A DNA stretch of 64,000 nt from positions 12,086,587 to 12,150,586 of the forward strand of contig CM120648.1 of NCBI GenBank assembly GCA_051362555.1, given 5' to 3'. The DNA is from Lingula anatina. Lineage: Eukaryota > Animalia > Brachiopoda. Position 1 is the stretch's first letter. Every line of letters begins with the position of its first letter. Under the pieces are notes generated by a model. It was not told the origin of the DNA. It saw only the letters and a list, made by a program, of their open reading frames with translations, and made no database searches. A program made the position numbers and the translations under genes. Shown here one piece after another: positions 22,738-35,589 of this stretch.

Positions 22738-25498
22738 AGGAAAAGACTGCCATAGACACCATCCCCCGTATACGTATACACCATCGATTAACGTAGATCG
22801 ATGCAACTTTTCGGGGACTCTCGCTGAGTGCAATCAGCTTAACTAAATGACACGTCCCCTCTTGTGACACGTCCCCTCATGACATGTACATTACCCGTAG
22901 GACGCCACGGCCAATGACAAATGTTATGTTTATAGTAAGGAGTTGATATTTCATCCAACCCATAAACAACATGGTGAGGGACATTTACCGTATTGCCCTG
23001 CTTAACTGCACGCCTAATGTGATCACACTTTCGCAAATTTGTGAGGAAAAAAAGGGATAGAAATGATTTAAACAAACAAGAAGTTGAACCTCAAATTAAT
23101 TTTACTGCTGCCCTGGGACAGATAATGAAGTGTCCCGTTACTTGAAGAACGTGATATGTGCATTGCTTGCGCTTGTTGAACATGTGATATCTGTGTTTAA
23201 TATTTATAAAAAAAATATTAGAAAACCAAAATGTAAAAAAATACAATTTATTTATATATAATGTGATATTAGTATTGCTTGCACTTTTAGAAGTCGAGCA
23301 ATTCTTTAAAATTGCAATCATTTTAAGTATATGTATAATAATTCCATTTTATAATATGTCATCATCTTCATCATATGTTACGTTTTGAGCCCACAAGTGC
23401 ATGTAGGAACTAGCTCACATTTCTCAGCTCAAACTTCTATGTATGATTTATTTCATAATAATATTCATACCCCAAGGCAAGACGAGCTATGCTATAAACT
23501 TACATATTTATTTCACTCATTATCTATTCATTCAAATTAGGTTCATATATTTTCGCTCAGTGCATTAGACTCATGAGAACATTCCGCGGATAGTATCTTG
23601 AATTGTACATAGGAAGATAATGTAAATAGTGTACAGTATTGAAAATAATATCCATTTGTTATTAGATTATTGTTAAAGAGAACAGACTTAATCGTAGTTA
23701 ATAAAATGCAGTATACAGGACTAAAACAAAATACATATATTGGAAACATGCATCAATATGAAATAGTCTATGTAATTTATTAAAATGGTGAATTAATTTG
23801 TTTTCTTAGTGTCATAAATATTTTACTGAACAGTAATAGTGCACTGTTAAATGTTTGGAACATGGTCAATCACAATGTCAATTACAATAAAAGTTTCATG
23901 TCAATAAGTGTTATTATCATACTTGGAACTTTTCAAACCAATACCCTGATGAAGCTGGACAAGAAGTACAGGAAATATTGACTGGGAAGGTATCAGTTTA
24001 TTACTGAAGATGCACTTTGACAGATTATCGAGTGCTACAAACAGATGCTTAAAAGTAAATGGTAACTTAGCTTTGTATTATTATTTATTTCATACAAAAA
24101 CATGATTGCATATTGCACCTATTTACAACAGAACTACTATTGCATCTTCAAAACCTGCTTCTCACTCTGGTTGAAGTTAGTTGAATTACCTGTTAATAAT
24201 AATCCAGTTTCTGAAATTGGCCAATTTGTTGGATTCTTGATACAACAACATGAAAATCACGGTGATAAGTGTATATTTTCCATTAATAAACAGATTTAGA
24301 TTTAGGTACAAAAAAGAGGCAGGTATTAAATATTTACAATTTAATTTTCTCGACGAGCAGAAAACTCCACAAACAAATATTACAAACGAGTAAAATAGAG
24401 CTTCATATAGCACCTTACGCCTGTCAGAAGTGACAATCTTAACTGAAAAAAGCAACCACCACAGATGAACTTAAATAATAATAATTATTATTTAGCACCT
24501 TAAAACAACATGTTTTACATTCATAATTTAAGAATTTCGTCAATTTTAGACCAACCCACACGCTGAGCTATAGGCTGAGCTACCCAGCTTACTCATGGCA
24601 TTGGTGTGTATAGTTTTCAGACAAAGTCCATGATTATAACAGTGAACACAAAATCAAATAAAGATGATAAATGATGATTATCCCATTAACTTATTTAAAT
24701 GAAAATACCCCATACAAACTATTGCCACTTTCATTTACACATAAAAATGTCAGGAAATGTTCATCCCTATAAAAAAACACAGTCATGACAACAGCTATCA
24801 TACTACTTAAGTTAATAGACAACTCGATTCCAGTGAAGATTGGTCAGATCTTGGTATTTCCAAGGGCACTCGTCAAATTTTCAACTGATACCTCACTCCA
24901 TTTGCAAGCATCGACTTCGGGGGTGGGGGGGGGGGGGCTACAGACTTCATGACAACACACTTTCTCACAGTTTTCATTTCGCGATTGATTTGTGCCAGAA
25001 ACGTTATGTTGTGAGAATGGAACAACTTTCTTTAAGCCCTTATTTTAACTCTATTGAAACCCCCTCCCCCCCAATATGTGAAGCAAGTTATAGTATCCAG
25101 GAAGGAAAACTGATTTTTCCATTAGTCCTTTTCGGGTTTTTTCCCTGCGAAGGAAAAGTGGATATTTGCAAACAGCCTATCCATCTTTCAGCCAATTGAG
25201 TTTGTTTTGCGTAATATTGTCCCATTCTTTCTGAAAAACTTAACGCAGCTGAGCCATTCAAGAGCATAACTTCTCGACAGCCTCAGCCAGTGTAAGTTAA
25301 AGTTTTGCACCTATTTGCATTCATATAATATTACATTAATAAGCGGTCAATTCTGGTCTCCTCTGGTACCCTTAATTTCAATTATTATTGTACTTATGTA
25401 ATTTCTTAAAGAGCAGAGTGTTTTGGGCTATGAGAAATAACACATTCAGCCTCTGGAGGAGAGGGGGGTGGGTTTTGGCGAAAGGTGGGGGAGGGGGA

Positions 25499-28400
25499 TC
25501 ACAGGCATCCACAATGGAATTCTGCACTGGCATCTCTGACTTGGTCTATAGAACAGCCTGCACACAGGGTGTGGTACCACTTATCACAGTCATCACACTG
25601 CACCTGAAATAGAATACTTTACTGTAAGTACTCACATATTCCCGGCCATTACAATATTAGCATCATTTTCCATTAATTACAAAAATGTGTTCAGAAACAA
25701 ACTAAACTTGCTTTCCTGACTTTTTACCTGTTGTTATTTATACAACATCATTCAAGGTAAAGTAATGATTTTAATTTGAATTCATTATGTAAATTACCAT
25801 TAATCTTGAACTTTGAACTGACATTTGCTACTGTTGAATAACATAAGCAATTTCAATGGATGATTCACTTTAATTCTAATAAGCAAATTCCAAAAAATTA
25901 CTAAAAAAAACAGTGAGATGATTTTTTAAACACTATTTTATTGCAAATAATGTAAAAGTATCCCAAGGAAAGGATTAACCTGGTTATTTAGTATATAATC
26001 TCTTATAAGGTTACTTATCCAGTCCATTTCTAGTTCACTTTCCCAGTTCACTTTAAAGTCACCTACAAAGTCCAGTTCAAGGTCACTAAAGTAATTCACT
26101 TTAAGGTCACTTATCTTGTTCTCTAAACTCTCTATGCCCACCCAGTCACCCAGTCACCTACCCAGTAAACTTTAAGGTCACTTACCCAGTCCAGTTCAAG
26201 GTCCCTACAGTACTCCACTTTAAGGTCACTTACCTATGCCCCCCCTCCCCCAAGTCACTTACCCAGTTCACTTTAGTTCACTTGCCCAGTCCACTTAAAG
26301 GTCACTTACTCAGCCCAGTTTAGGCCACTTACCCAGTCCACTTTAAGGTCACTTACCCAGTCCACTTTAAGGTCACTTACCCAGTCCACTTTAAGGTCAC
26401 TTACCCAGTCCACTTTACTCCCTGTGGGTTTCACACAGTCATAAGAAGCACAGGTGTCTTCATCATAGTGCCAGTACCAATCTTCAGACTTCTTCCTTTT
26501 TCTGTTACCAGCCGAATGTTTTCCTGGTAAAAATTAAGACATGACACCATTATTCATTCACTGCAATTTCTTAAAATGAAAACGTGATAAACAAGAGCTT
26601 AAGTGGGATCATGCCATCCACATTTGCCAAAATTCCCTTTAGGATAAAAAAATTGACTAAGAAAGATAACCGAGAAATTCTTAATGTTTTGACACCAATA
26701 ACCTTTTTAACCATTGTGCCCAATACATTTATTGTGGGTCCACTTATATAGGTCCTCACTGTGGTAATCTGGCTGTTACCACATACAAGTACAAAAATAA
26801 AAAACTTTTCAAGAGACTGCAGGGTTAAAACATCAGAAAACATATGTCAATGCATGGTTTATCACCTAATTTTTATCATCATTATATATAAATCTAAAAA
26901 ACAATGAAAAGCATTTCACCATGTTCTATCATAGCTAAACTGGATAAGATCAGGGGGGAAATTTATGCTTGTTGTTCAACTAACCCCTGTTTCCAAGTTT
27001 TCTCCCTCTCTTTTCATATCGTTTGCTGGACATTTCCTTGACATGTACAGTACCATTATCATCAACATCATCATCATCATCATGGCTGACCACATGACTT
27101 TCTGCATTGTCATGCTGATGGTTAATGTCACCAGTATTGCTACTGTCAATGACAGCATTGTCACCTAAATGTTTACTGTCACCAGTTATGATACTGTGAC
27201 TAACAGCATTGTCAAGTTGATGGGTACTGTCACTTGAATCGATGTGGATTGCGACATCATCACCATCGTCCTGCGATTCAGCAAAGATGTCCTCCATGCT
27301 GCAGGCATCGAAGCTCTGCGCTCTTCTCACTGCTTCCAGAAACACAGTGTTGTCCTCATCTGTACTGTGACCTTGACCCTCAAGGTCAGAAGGGTGTTCT
27401 TTCAGGTCCAGACTTTCACCATGACCTGTCAAATCTGGGTCAGGTCGATCTCGGTCCCCAGTTTTGGTGGCACTGATCCCATTCACGAAAAACATCATTT
27501 GATCTCTACTGGTCAGAATCTGCTGGTCAGTTTTAGCCTCATTAGAGCTGTGGACACTTCTACTGATTTGATTGTCATTCACAGACAGATGGAAATCCTG
27601 TGGTGATAGGTGCTCCAGGACTAAATCTTGACTGTCAGTTTTGTGTCCCATATTAGGCATGCTAGACTCCTTATCATCTTTTGACTTGTCTTGTCCCTGA
27701 CATAGCATTTTATCATTTTTCAAGTCTTTGTGTATCACCACAGTGCGACCAAGCTTGGATAATTCTTCGGAAGTAACTGACTGCCCAGCTTGACATTTAT
27801 TTGTACTGTCATTACAATGATCATATATGTTGAACTGTTGGTATTCTAAGAGGTCTTGTTCTATTTCTGGTGTCATTTCCCTTTTTGTGTCTTTATCGAG
27901 ATGACTCAGGCCCATTTTATTTTCACAAACTGTGTATATAGTATTGACACTGTCATTGAGCTGCAAGGATTCTCTCACTCTATTTGCAGCAGTTTCAGAA
28001 AAGCATCTGCGACTATTGTCTTTAGGAAGAGTATTGGGGTCCATGTCAGAAAGCACCGTCCTCTCGTTGTCATCTTCATGTACTGAATCATCCCTAGTTA
28101 CATTATTTGTTCCCTCAGTGTCTCCCTCTTTTGGCATAATCTCAAACTGAAACGTAAGAGAATATGAACTGTTGTTATTGCTGTTGCTTTTTGTCTATTT
28201 TCTTATAAAATATGTTACAAAAACTGATTCTCTTTTTTTTTCAGTTTAAAATCGTTCTTTTAGGGTATTACAAATAAAAATTTCATTCTAAAATGAGTGG
28301 ACAATCATCATGCTTACCTTATAGATGAACTCTGAGTTTTCCTGTGGCTCATATTGGCCTGGTTTGATCTGTGCTGCCATCAAATGGCCAAATGCTATAA

Positions 28401-29378
28401 CGTCTCCCAAGTTCAGCTTACAGCAACCTTCTATCTGGAATGTGTTTCATAGTAGCAACAAATTAGTCTTTTTTATTAAAAGAGAAAAATGCACATTACT
28501 TTGAAACATTTGTTTTATCAAATCAAAACCTAAAATATGCCAAAGTCTTAATAAGAATGGCATAAGTTCATCTGAAAAAGAAAAATCGGATTCAGTCTGA
28601 GAGTTATTATAAAACAATTAGTGTAATAAAGAAGATCAACATTGTTTACATGCAGAATATTCAAGGGTAACATCATACTTAAATAATTTGCTTCAGCCAA
28701 ATGTCTTATATTGCACTGAAGCCACAAAAATATGGAAAAATGTGACTACATTTTTCAAATTTCCTCTGGCTCACAGTGACCATATTTTTGTCCAACTGAT
28801 ACAAAGGAGGTTGATGATGATAACTGGTGAAGAATTATCCAAATTCTGTAGGAAACAAACTTATACTTTGTGTCACTTATATGAAGGAGGTTGATGATAA
28901 CTCGTGTTGAAGACACTCTCTGCTAGGCTATGAAACACAGGGCACTCTCCCTTACCCTAATATCATTGACATAGGTCCCATTCAGGCTGCTGTCAGTGAG
29001 GTAGAAATTGTTTTGCACCCTGTCTATCATAGCATGTCTCCGAGATATCAGGTTTGGGTGCAGCTTAGAGTCCAGGTAAAAGTCTTGTCTGCTTGGTTGG
29101 CGCCCCAGAATGATGTGATCTTCTTGTAACCTGTGGAAATAGCAATTTTAGTTTCGATAGATCACTAGCTGAGAGTCTGTCAAGACTATACTATTAACTT
29201 TAGTTTTTTTTTTTTTTTTTTTTTTTCAGACATAAAAAATTTACGCATAAATAAATAAACAAAGTTATGCAATAACAGACTACTAACTTTTTCAATTTTA
29301 CATGCCCAGTAAATTTCTTTGTTACATTTCATTTATTGTATCGGTTCTGTGATTGTTCATACACGTGCGTGTATTTTC

Positions 29379-29451
<73 letters not shown>

Positions 29452-29564
29452 AATGAATCTAAGCAAGAATAAGGCTAAGACCTGATAACGGGTTTGACTC
29501 CTGGGGCAGTGGGCGGCTTTCCTATACGCCGTATCTGATAGCTAACGTCTTCGTTTGTCACCAT
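25499..29564 (-). CDS. TCF19: Transcription factor 19 (FHA domain, long acidic linker, PHD finger), ~586 aa
   Basis: Exons (-) 29564-29482, 29130-28956, 28434-28318, 28146-26985, 26523-26405 and 25603-25499 total 1761 nt, in frame. N-terminus YQIRRIG; FHA motifs ILGR, ISRRHA, DSSLNGTYVND, LNLGDVIAFG; C-terminal PHD CASYDC..VDWVQCDDCDKWYHTLCAGCS....AEFHCGC, matching TCF19 as recalled (WVQCDGCDVWFHVACVGCS). Confidence 0.88.
26005..26417. repeat. 24-bp minisatellite (TTACCCAGTCCACTTTAAGGTCAC) overlapping the TCF19 exon-5 splice donor
   Basis: Perfect units at 26329-26417 with period 24, progressively more degenerate copies down to ~26005. Confidence 0.9.
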
Positions 29565-29834
29565 AATTCAAGAATTTTCTGACCTTAAACTAGAGAACTA
29601 CTACTCTATCATATTTACCGCGAAGTCCTATTTGTCGCACTTAAGCGAGAATTTGCGTGAGCATTGACAAATATCTCTCTCATGTATAATTTAGTCCAGA
29701 GTCATACATTTTTCATGTTAATATCGAATGGAATTGTATATGTTGTACCCAAATGGTGCAATATCAAGTAAAATAGAATGTTTTGATATGTTTTTAAAAG
29801 TTTATCACCCATAGTGCACCGCAATATTTTGCTA
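29565..29834. promoter_or_regulatory. Bidirectional promoter of TCF19 and TMEM222
   Basis: Only 270 bp separate the divergent ATGs (29564 -, 29835 +). Confidence 0.7.
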
Positions 29835-32800
29835 ATGGCCGCTTCCGGTGACAGGCTTTCTCAGCGTAGCGAAGTTTCTGTGGACGTGAGAGAAGCAAAG
29901 GGGGAAACGACACCGATCAAGAACGCAGACGTGAGAATGTCATCCACAGACCTCTTCATGAACGCAGATGAAGTTAATCCCATCAAAAACCGTTATCCAC
30001 ACTGCGTTGTTTGGACCCCCATACCACTGCTAACGTAAGTGACTGTTTAACCGCAGAAGAGGCGGGGGAAGGGGGGGGGGGCAGTAGTATTCTTTAGAGA
30101 AAAATGTCGATAAATAACTCCACGACCTCAAGATTCTCAATATTGAACTTTTTGTGAAACATCATAGAGTTGTGACAAATAAAAAAAACTCGGGTGTTCA
30201 AATGAAATATAGCTTGTATCACTCTACTACACTCAAGCATTTGCACTATGTATGTAGCTGACATTTTCAAGAGATCTTTAAGATGTATTCTCACTTGTCT
30301 TACTGTGGATTGTACATTACTTTGTGACCAATCCACAATGTCACTGCAACAATGTGATGTCTGCTCAAACCATCCTAATACCTGAAAAGAAAGAAGAAAC
30401 GTTTAAGTTAACATTTAAAAATGTGGAAAAATAGCGTCCAACCAATCCCAATGGGTTATCTTTGAATTCTTTAAATGTGTTTCACAGCACAGCATATGGG
30501 AACACATTCAATTAACACTAAAAAGATTCCTTTTTAATATACCCTTAGGGTGCATTCCCAGACATTTAGATCGATCCAGAGATTAAGATTTAGATCTACC
30601 TAACTCCCTGGGGGTTCATGCTAAATTGCTGTCAGCTGAGCGCGCACCATAATTAATTACCCCCTTACAGTTTTTAGTAGGCGGGACAGATGTTTAAGCC
30701 GGTTAAGCTGACAGTAATCTAATGAGACTCCCCACAAGAATAGATCGATCTAAAAATCTATGGAAATGGGGTGTTAGTCTTGTTTGACAGTGAAGAAAAT
30801 TAACATTATTTGATAATTATGAATAATAGTAATAATAACATAATAACAACAGATCACTTTCAGTTGGCTTCATTTGATCATTTCAGATGGCTGTTTCCTT
30901 TCATTGGTCACATGGGCATTGCCACTACAGCTGGAGTAATTAGAGATTTCGCAGGACCATATTATGTTTCAGTAAGTAATGGCATAGAGGGCATTTCCAG
31001 AGATTTAGATCGATCTTACTAGATCGACCTAACTCCTTGGGGGTTCACGATAAATTGCAATCAGCCGACCGCGCACAGAAGTTAATTACACTCTTACAGC
31101 TTGTAGTAGGCGGGACGGACATTTAAGCCGGATTATCTGACAGTAATCTAGTGAGACTCCCCATGGGGATAGATCGATGTAAAATCTATGGGAATGCGCT
31201 CATAGTATTTATTCATGTCATTTTATAATACACAAAGATGGACATAACTTGGTTGGAAAGAAGAGTAAAGGAAGTGAATGGAAGGAAATAAATTGATATA
31301 AATAATTTATATATTTATTTTTTATTTACTGATTAATTTCAAACAAATTAATTTACTGTACTGAAAGATTTAAGCTCAGTATATTATTATAAAATATAGA
31401 TATTGAAAATATTGAAATATATGTTGTTACTTCTTGAAAAGGAAATCATTATTTTAGAATTTGCTTCTTTATGGTTTGCAATGTCTTCATTAATCTTTAT
31501 ATTGGTTCTTTAGGAAGATTGTATGGGATTTGGAAACCCAACAAAGTGAGTTGTTTTCTTTTTAAATAATTGTTACATCTTAAAAGGGATAATAACTCTT
31601 CGTTTTGGCCAAAAAACGAATTTTCCTGGAATAAACAACAATTTTCCCATACTTACCAATGGTTAATGAATCCATTTTTACATTCAAAATTAGTCCCTGT
31701 TTTTTTTTTTCCCCTAAAAAGTTTTTTTTTTTTTTTTGTTATAATCTCTTAAGAGATTATAACAGAGTATAGCCATCAATGGAGGTCACATGGTCTAAAG
31801 GCAAGCTCAGGTAGCAGAATAATAGCTATAACGGCTGTTTTTGTGGTAAAACAGAATATATTATATTTCTATGAGTTGTTAATATTTTTATTGTGAAATA
31901 TAGATCTCATACAAAGAGTTATTATCCCTTTAAATAATGAAAGCTCAGATAACGAAACTTAATATTGTACTGAGTTTGATGCAACATGCAGAAGTTGAAT
32001 GTATTGTTATATTGGAAATTCAGATTTTTTGTGCCAATGAAACCATTGATTATTATAATTATTATTATTATTTTTTTTTTGTATTTACTTTTTTCCTAAG
32101 TTTATATTATATTATATTATATTATATTATATTATATTATATTATATTATATTATATTATATTATATTATATTAGTGTACTGTATTGCCTATTGTGTGAA
32201 AATGCATGTATAGGTGAAGAAAAAACATAATTTAGACCAGACTGCGATAGAGAGGACACATTTTGCTGGAGAAGACACATTGTGTTAGAGAAGACAGCTG
32301 TCACATTCTGTGTTTCAGGTATTGGCAGCTATCATTGGACAATGTTCACACAGGGAAGGAGGCATATGACAGAGCAGTATATGAGGCATCAGAAGAATAT
32401 AAAAAACACATGGTAAGCAGTACTATATAGAAATAAAACTTTTAGCTCATCAGGCATCAAATAGAAATGAAAAATACAAAGTAATCAATGTAAAATTAAA
32501 GTATTTCCATGCATGAGTCATTGAAGAAATATATAAAAACACATGGTAAGCAGTATTAGGACTTTAAGCTTTACAGTGTCTCTGCCAATCATAAGCCAAA
32601 ATTTATGCATGATTTGTTCTCCGTTGATAAGATGCAACTTTTGGGGTAAAAAGCAAAATGTGAACACGGGATAGAGGCTAATGCTATGTTATTCTTCAAA
32701 TTATTTTTAGATTAAGGAAAAATTGATGCTCCTTTGATCTATGGGATCACTAAAAAACATTTGAAGCATTACCTAACTTATTTTGTTCAAATATAGGTAT

Positions 32801-33382
32801 GCTTGTTTTGATTTCATAAAATATTTTGCAAACTTTGTTTCTTTCAGCACAACTTATTTTGTGATAATTGTCACTCACACGTGGCCCTGGCAATGAACAC
32901 CATGCAGTACGACAAGAAGACATCCTGGAATATGTTTTCTTTGTGTTTTCTGATGCTGATTCACGGGAAATATGTGAAGTAAGTACAAAATGGATGTTCG
33001 CTTTGGCAGAGAGTTAGATGTGACACTATATTTTTGATTTGTTAGATATGAAAGTTTTTTTTAAGTGTTTTAAATGTCAAGAATTGAAAATGGATTTTTT
33101 TTTAATGTTTATAATATTTACCTACTCCCCAAATCATTATTCAAAATTGTTTTAATAAAAGTAATGGAAATAACTAATATTATTTAGGAATATATTAATT
33201 AAATTTGGTAATTTCCCTTGAGATATTACAGTGTCTTCAACAGCAGTGTACGGGAGCACATTATCAATTGTTGGTTTCATTTCTCTTGTTTTAGTTGCTG
33301 TTCATTCATCAAAACATGGCTTCCATTCTTCATTCTGGTTGGAATCATAGTCACTGCTGTTTTGATCACCAAGCTAACGTGA
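29835..33382 (+). CDS. TMEM222: Transmembrane protein 222 (RTE1-like, DUF778), ~209 aa
   Basis: Exons 29835-30034, 30887-30971, 31514-31545, 32319-32412, 32848-32978 and 33295-33382 total 630 nt, in frame. Diagnostic motifs [69 protein letters not shown] and FIKTWLPF. Confidence 0.95.
30548..30773 (+). mobile_element. PIF/Harbinger MITE H1, copy 2 (TMEM222 intron 1)
   Basis: Homologous to 22000-22225; TTA TSD. Confidence 0.85.
30987..31201 (+). mobile_element. PIF/Harbinger MITE H1, copy 3 (TMEM222 intron 2)
   Basis: Homologous body; ATA on both flanks; starts 16 nt after the end of exon 2. Confidence 0.8.
31580..31933. mobile_element. TTAA-flanked MITE (Kolobok-like), copy 1
   Basis: TTAA-AAGGGATAATAACTCTT ... 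AAGAGTTATTATCCCT-TTAA; reverse-complement homologue at 35612-35977. Confidence 0.8.
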
Positions 33383-34398
33383 TGAAAGCTCCAAGAATGT
33401 GACATTTGGAATATTCACGGGCTGAATCATTCCTAATGAAACTGAATGGGTTTTTGCCTATGAGGTGTGGCAATTCAACTCCTCATCATAGGGCTCTAAT
33501 GGCATGAATAACTTGTTAATGTGAGCTTCATGAGTCAGAATGTCATTGTGATGGGGAGAATTGACACGCCCTGGTGGCAGTTAGGGCATGGAGACTTTCT
33601 TACCATCGTTACACAAGAGATGATGAAAAACCCATTGAAAATCTACTGCATATGCAGACAGAAAAAAAAGCAAATAGTTTCTAAAAGAGATTAATTGTGT
33701 TCTTATCTAAAAATCATGTGAACAAGGCCTTATGACAAGCAGCCAAAATGTCACACCTTATTTATCAAGTTCTATCTCTTTAGAAATGATTTATTTTTTC
33801 TTCCTCCTTGTTACTCGAGAGACAGTGGATTTTTTGGACAAGTCCATTATTACTGGGGACACGGAGAGGTCAGGGTCACCTTCCCACCTCCAAAGGTGAG
33901 GAAAAAGCATTATCTCTCATTTTTACCGAGACCTGAAGAAAAACTACAGATTGTCAGAATTAATTTAGAAAATGAGGGATTAAATTAATAATTTTTAAAA
34001 ATTGTGGTAGGCAAAGGGAAAGTGGGGGGTAGAGATGGAGATGGTGACCTCTTTTTTGATGGCCTGAATCAAGCTGTGATGTAAAACTCAATATATAAGT
34101 ACTTGAGAACAATAATTAGACACAATTCATCATTGTAATTGTTATTCAGCAATATTAATAAGGGTAAGAATTTCAGTGGAAAAACTTTAAAATCAGATAT
34201 CCTTGCTGCATTTAATATTCCACTATCTACTGCATTGTCAAAAATATGTATAATTACACTTCTGTAAACAGAAAAGCACATGCCTCGTGGAATTATTATT
34301 GATATAAAACATACCCACAGTTGCTACTGTAACTCTGTAGCACTGTTTATGTTAGGTTAGTGGAATATGAACTGGAACAAAAAACATAAGACATCTTA

Positions 34399-34647
34399 GA
34401 CCCCATTCCCATAGATTTTAGATCAATCTATCCCTGTGGGGAGTCTCACTAGATTACTGTGAGCTTGGCCGGCTTAAGCATCTGTTCCGCCTACTAAAAG
34501 CTGTAAGGGGATAATTGACTATGGTGTACGCTCGGCTGACTGCAATTTAGCGTGAACCCCCAGGGAGTTAGGTCGATCTAAATCTTAATCTCTGGATCGA
34601 TCTTAATCTTAATCTCTGGATCGATCTAAATCTCTGGGAATGCACCC
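34399..34647 (-). mobile_element. PIF/Harbinger MITE H1, copy 4 (inverted; probable TMEM222 3'UTR)
   Basis: Reverse complement of copies 1 and 2; TTA TSD; internal ~24-bp tandem duplication AATCTTAATCTCTGGATCGATCT. Confidence 0.85.
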
Positions 34648-35237
34648 TTATATTCTTTTTGTGTTAGGTCAGTGGCAATATAAAGTGAATGCATTGAAGC
34701 ACATTTTGGGTGGTGGATTCTATTCCTTTGACATTTGATGTCATTATGACCCTCATTGTAGGATTCCATGCTTATTTTACTGCACTTGTCATTAAATTAT
34801 CCAATGAAAATGATTGATACATTGTATATATTATAAATTGTGGCATCAAGTTATCCAATGGAACTGCAGGATGCATTGTGACTGTAACTTGTATGTCTAA
34901 CACCATGTATAAAAAGTTTTTTTGTATTTTTTTCATTCTGCTGTACAAAAAAGCTTGAGAAATGTAAAAAGTGTTTATGAATAAAATAAACAATCCTTGA
35001 ATGATATGGCGCATTAGATATGATATTATGGTAGCATTCTTCAGGTAAGTTTTGCATGGGATGCGTTACTCCTCACAGCGGCAAGTCCGCCGGGATATTC
35101 CATTATTTACAAAATACCTTACAAAATTGTGGTAGATATTTCAGAATGTTTATCAACCCTTTAATAAATTGTATACAGGTGTAACATGAATGCAAGTCCT
35201 AGGAATAGAAGTACGGGCTCACATATGATTAGTACAG

Positions 35238-35406
35238 CAGGCCCGTAGCCGGGGGGGGGGGGGGGGGGGTCGAAAGAACCCTCCTTTTTGCTGGGAAAAG
35301 GTTCCCTCAAGGTAAAATTTTATATAGGTACACGAAAGTTTCATGGGAAAAGGTCCACTTTTTCAGAAAAAGGACACCCCTTTTGAAATTGCTGGCTATG
35401 GGCTTG
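35238..35406. mobile_element. CAGGCCCGTAGCC MITE with 5-bp TSD (hAT5-like), copy 2
   Basis: CAGGCCCGTAGCC(G)n ... GGCTATGGGCTTG; TSD TACAG at 35233-35237 and 35407-35411. Confidence 0.75.
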
Positions 35407-35589
35407 TACAGCTTGGGGTTAGTTGGAGTATTGGGGTTAATATATTGGACGATTATCACCTGTACAAAGTAATGGGAAGCGGACTTTCATTCCTGTTACG
35501 CCTGTGCGGCTATATCGCTAAGATAGAATGCTTGATGTAAAAATGCATGGAGACGGATTCTGTTTTTGTAGTAGATTTAACTTGGCGTT

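Noticed and set aside
26005-26417. Regularly spaced 24-bp repeats as a CRISPR array
   Set aside because: The units are directly adjacent with no unique spacers, the context is a eukaryotic intron, and there are no cas genes.
33380-33560. TGATGA stop of TMEM222 with a downstream hairpin, considered as selenocysteine plus SECIS
   Set aside because: The stop falls at the expected C-terminus, and I could not build a convincing AUGA/GA quartet with an apical AA loop.
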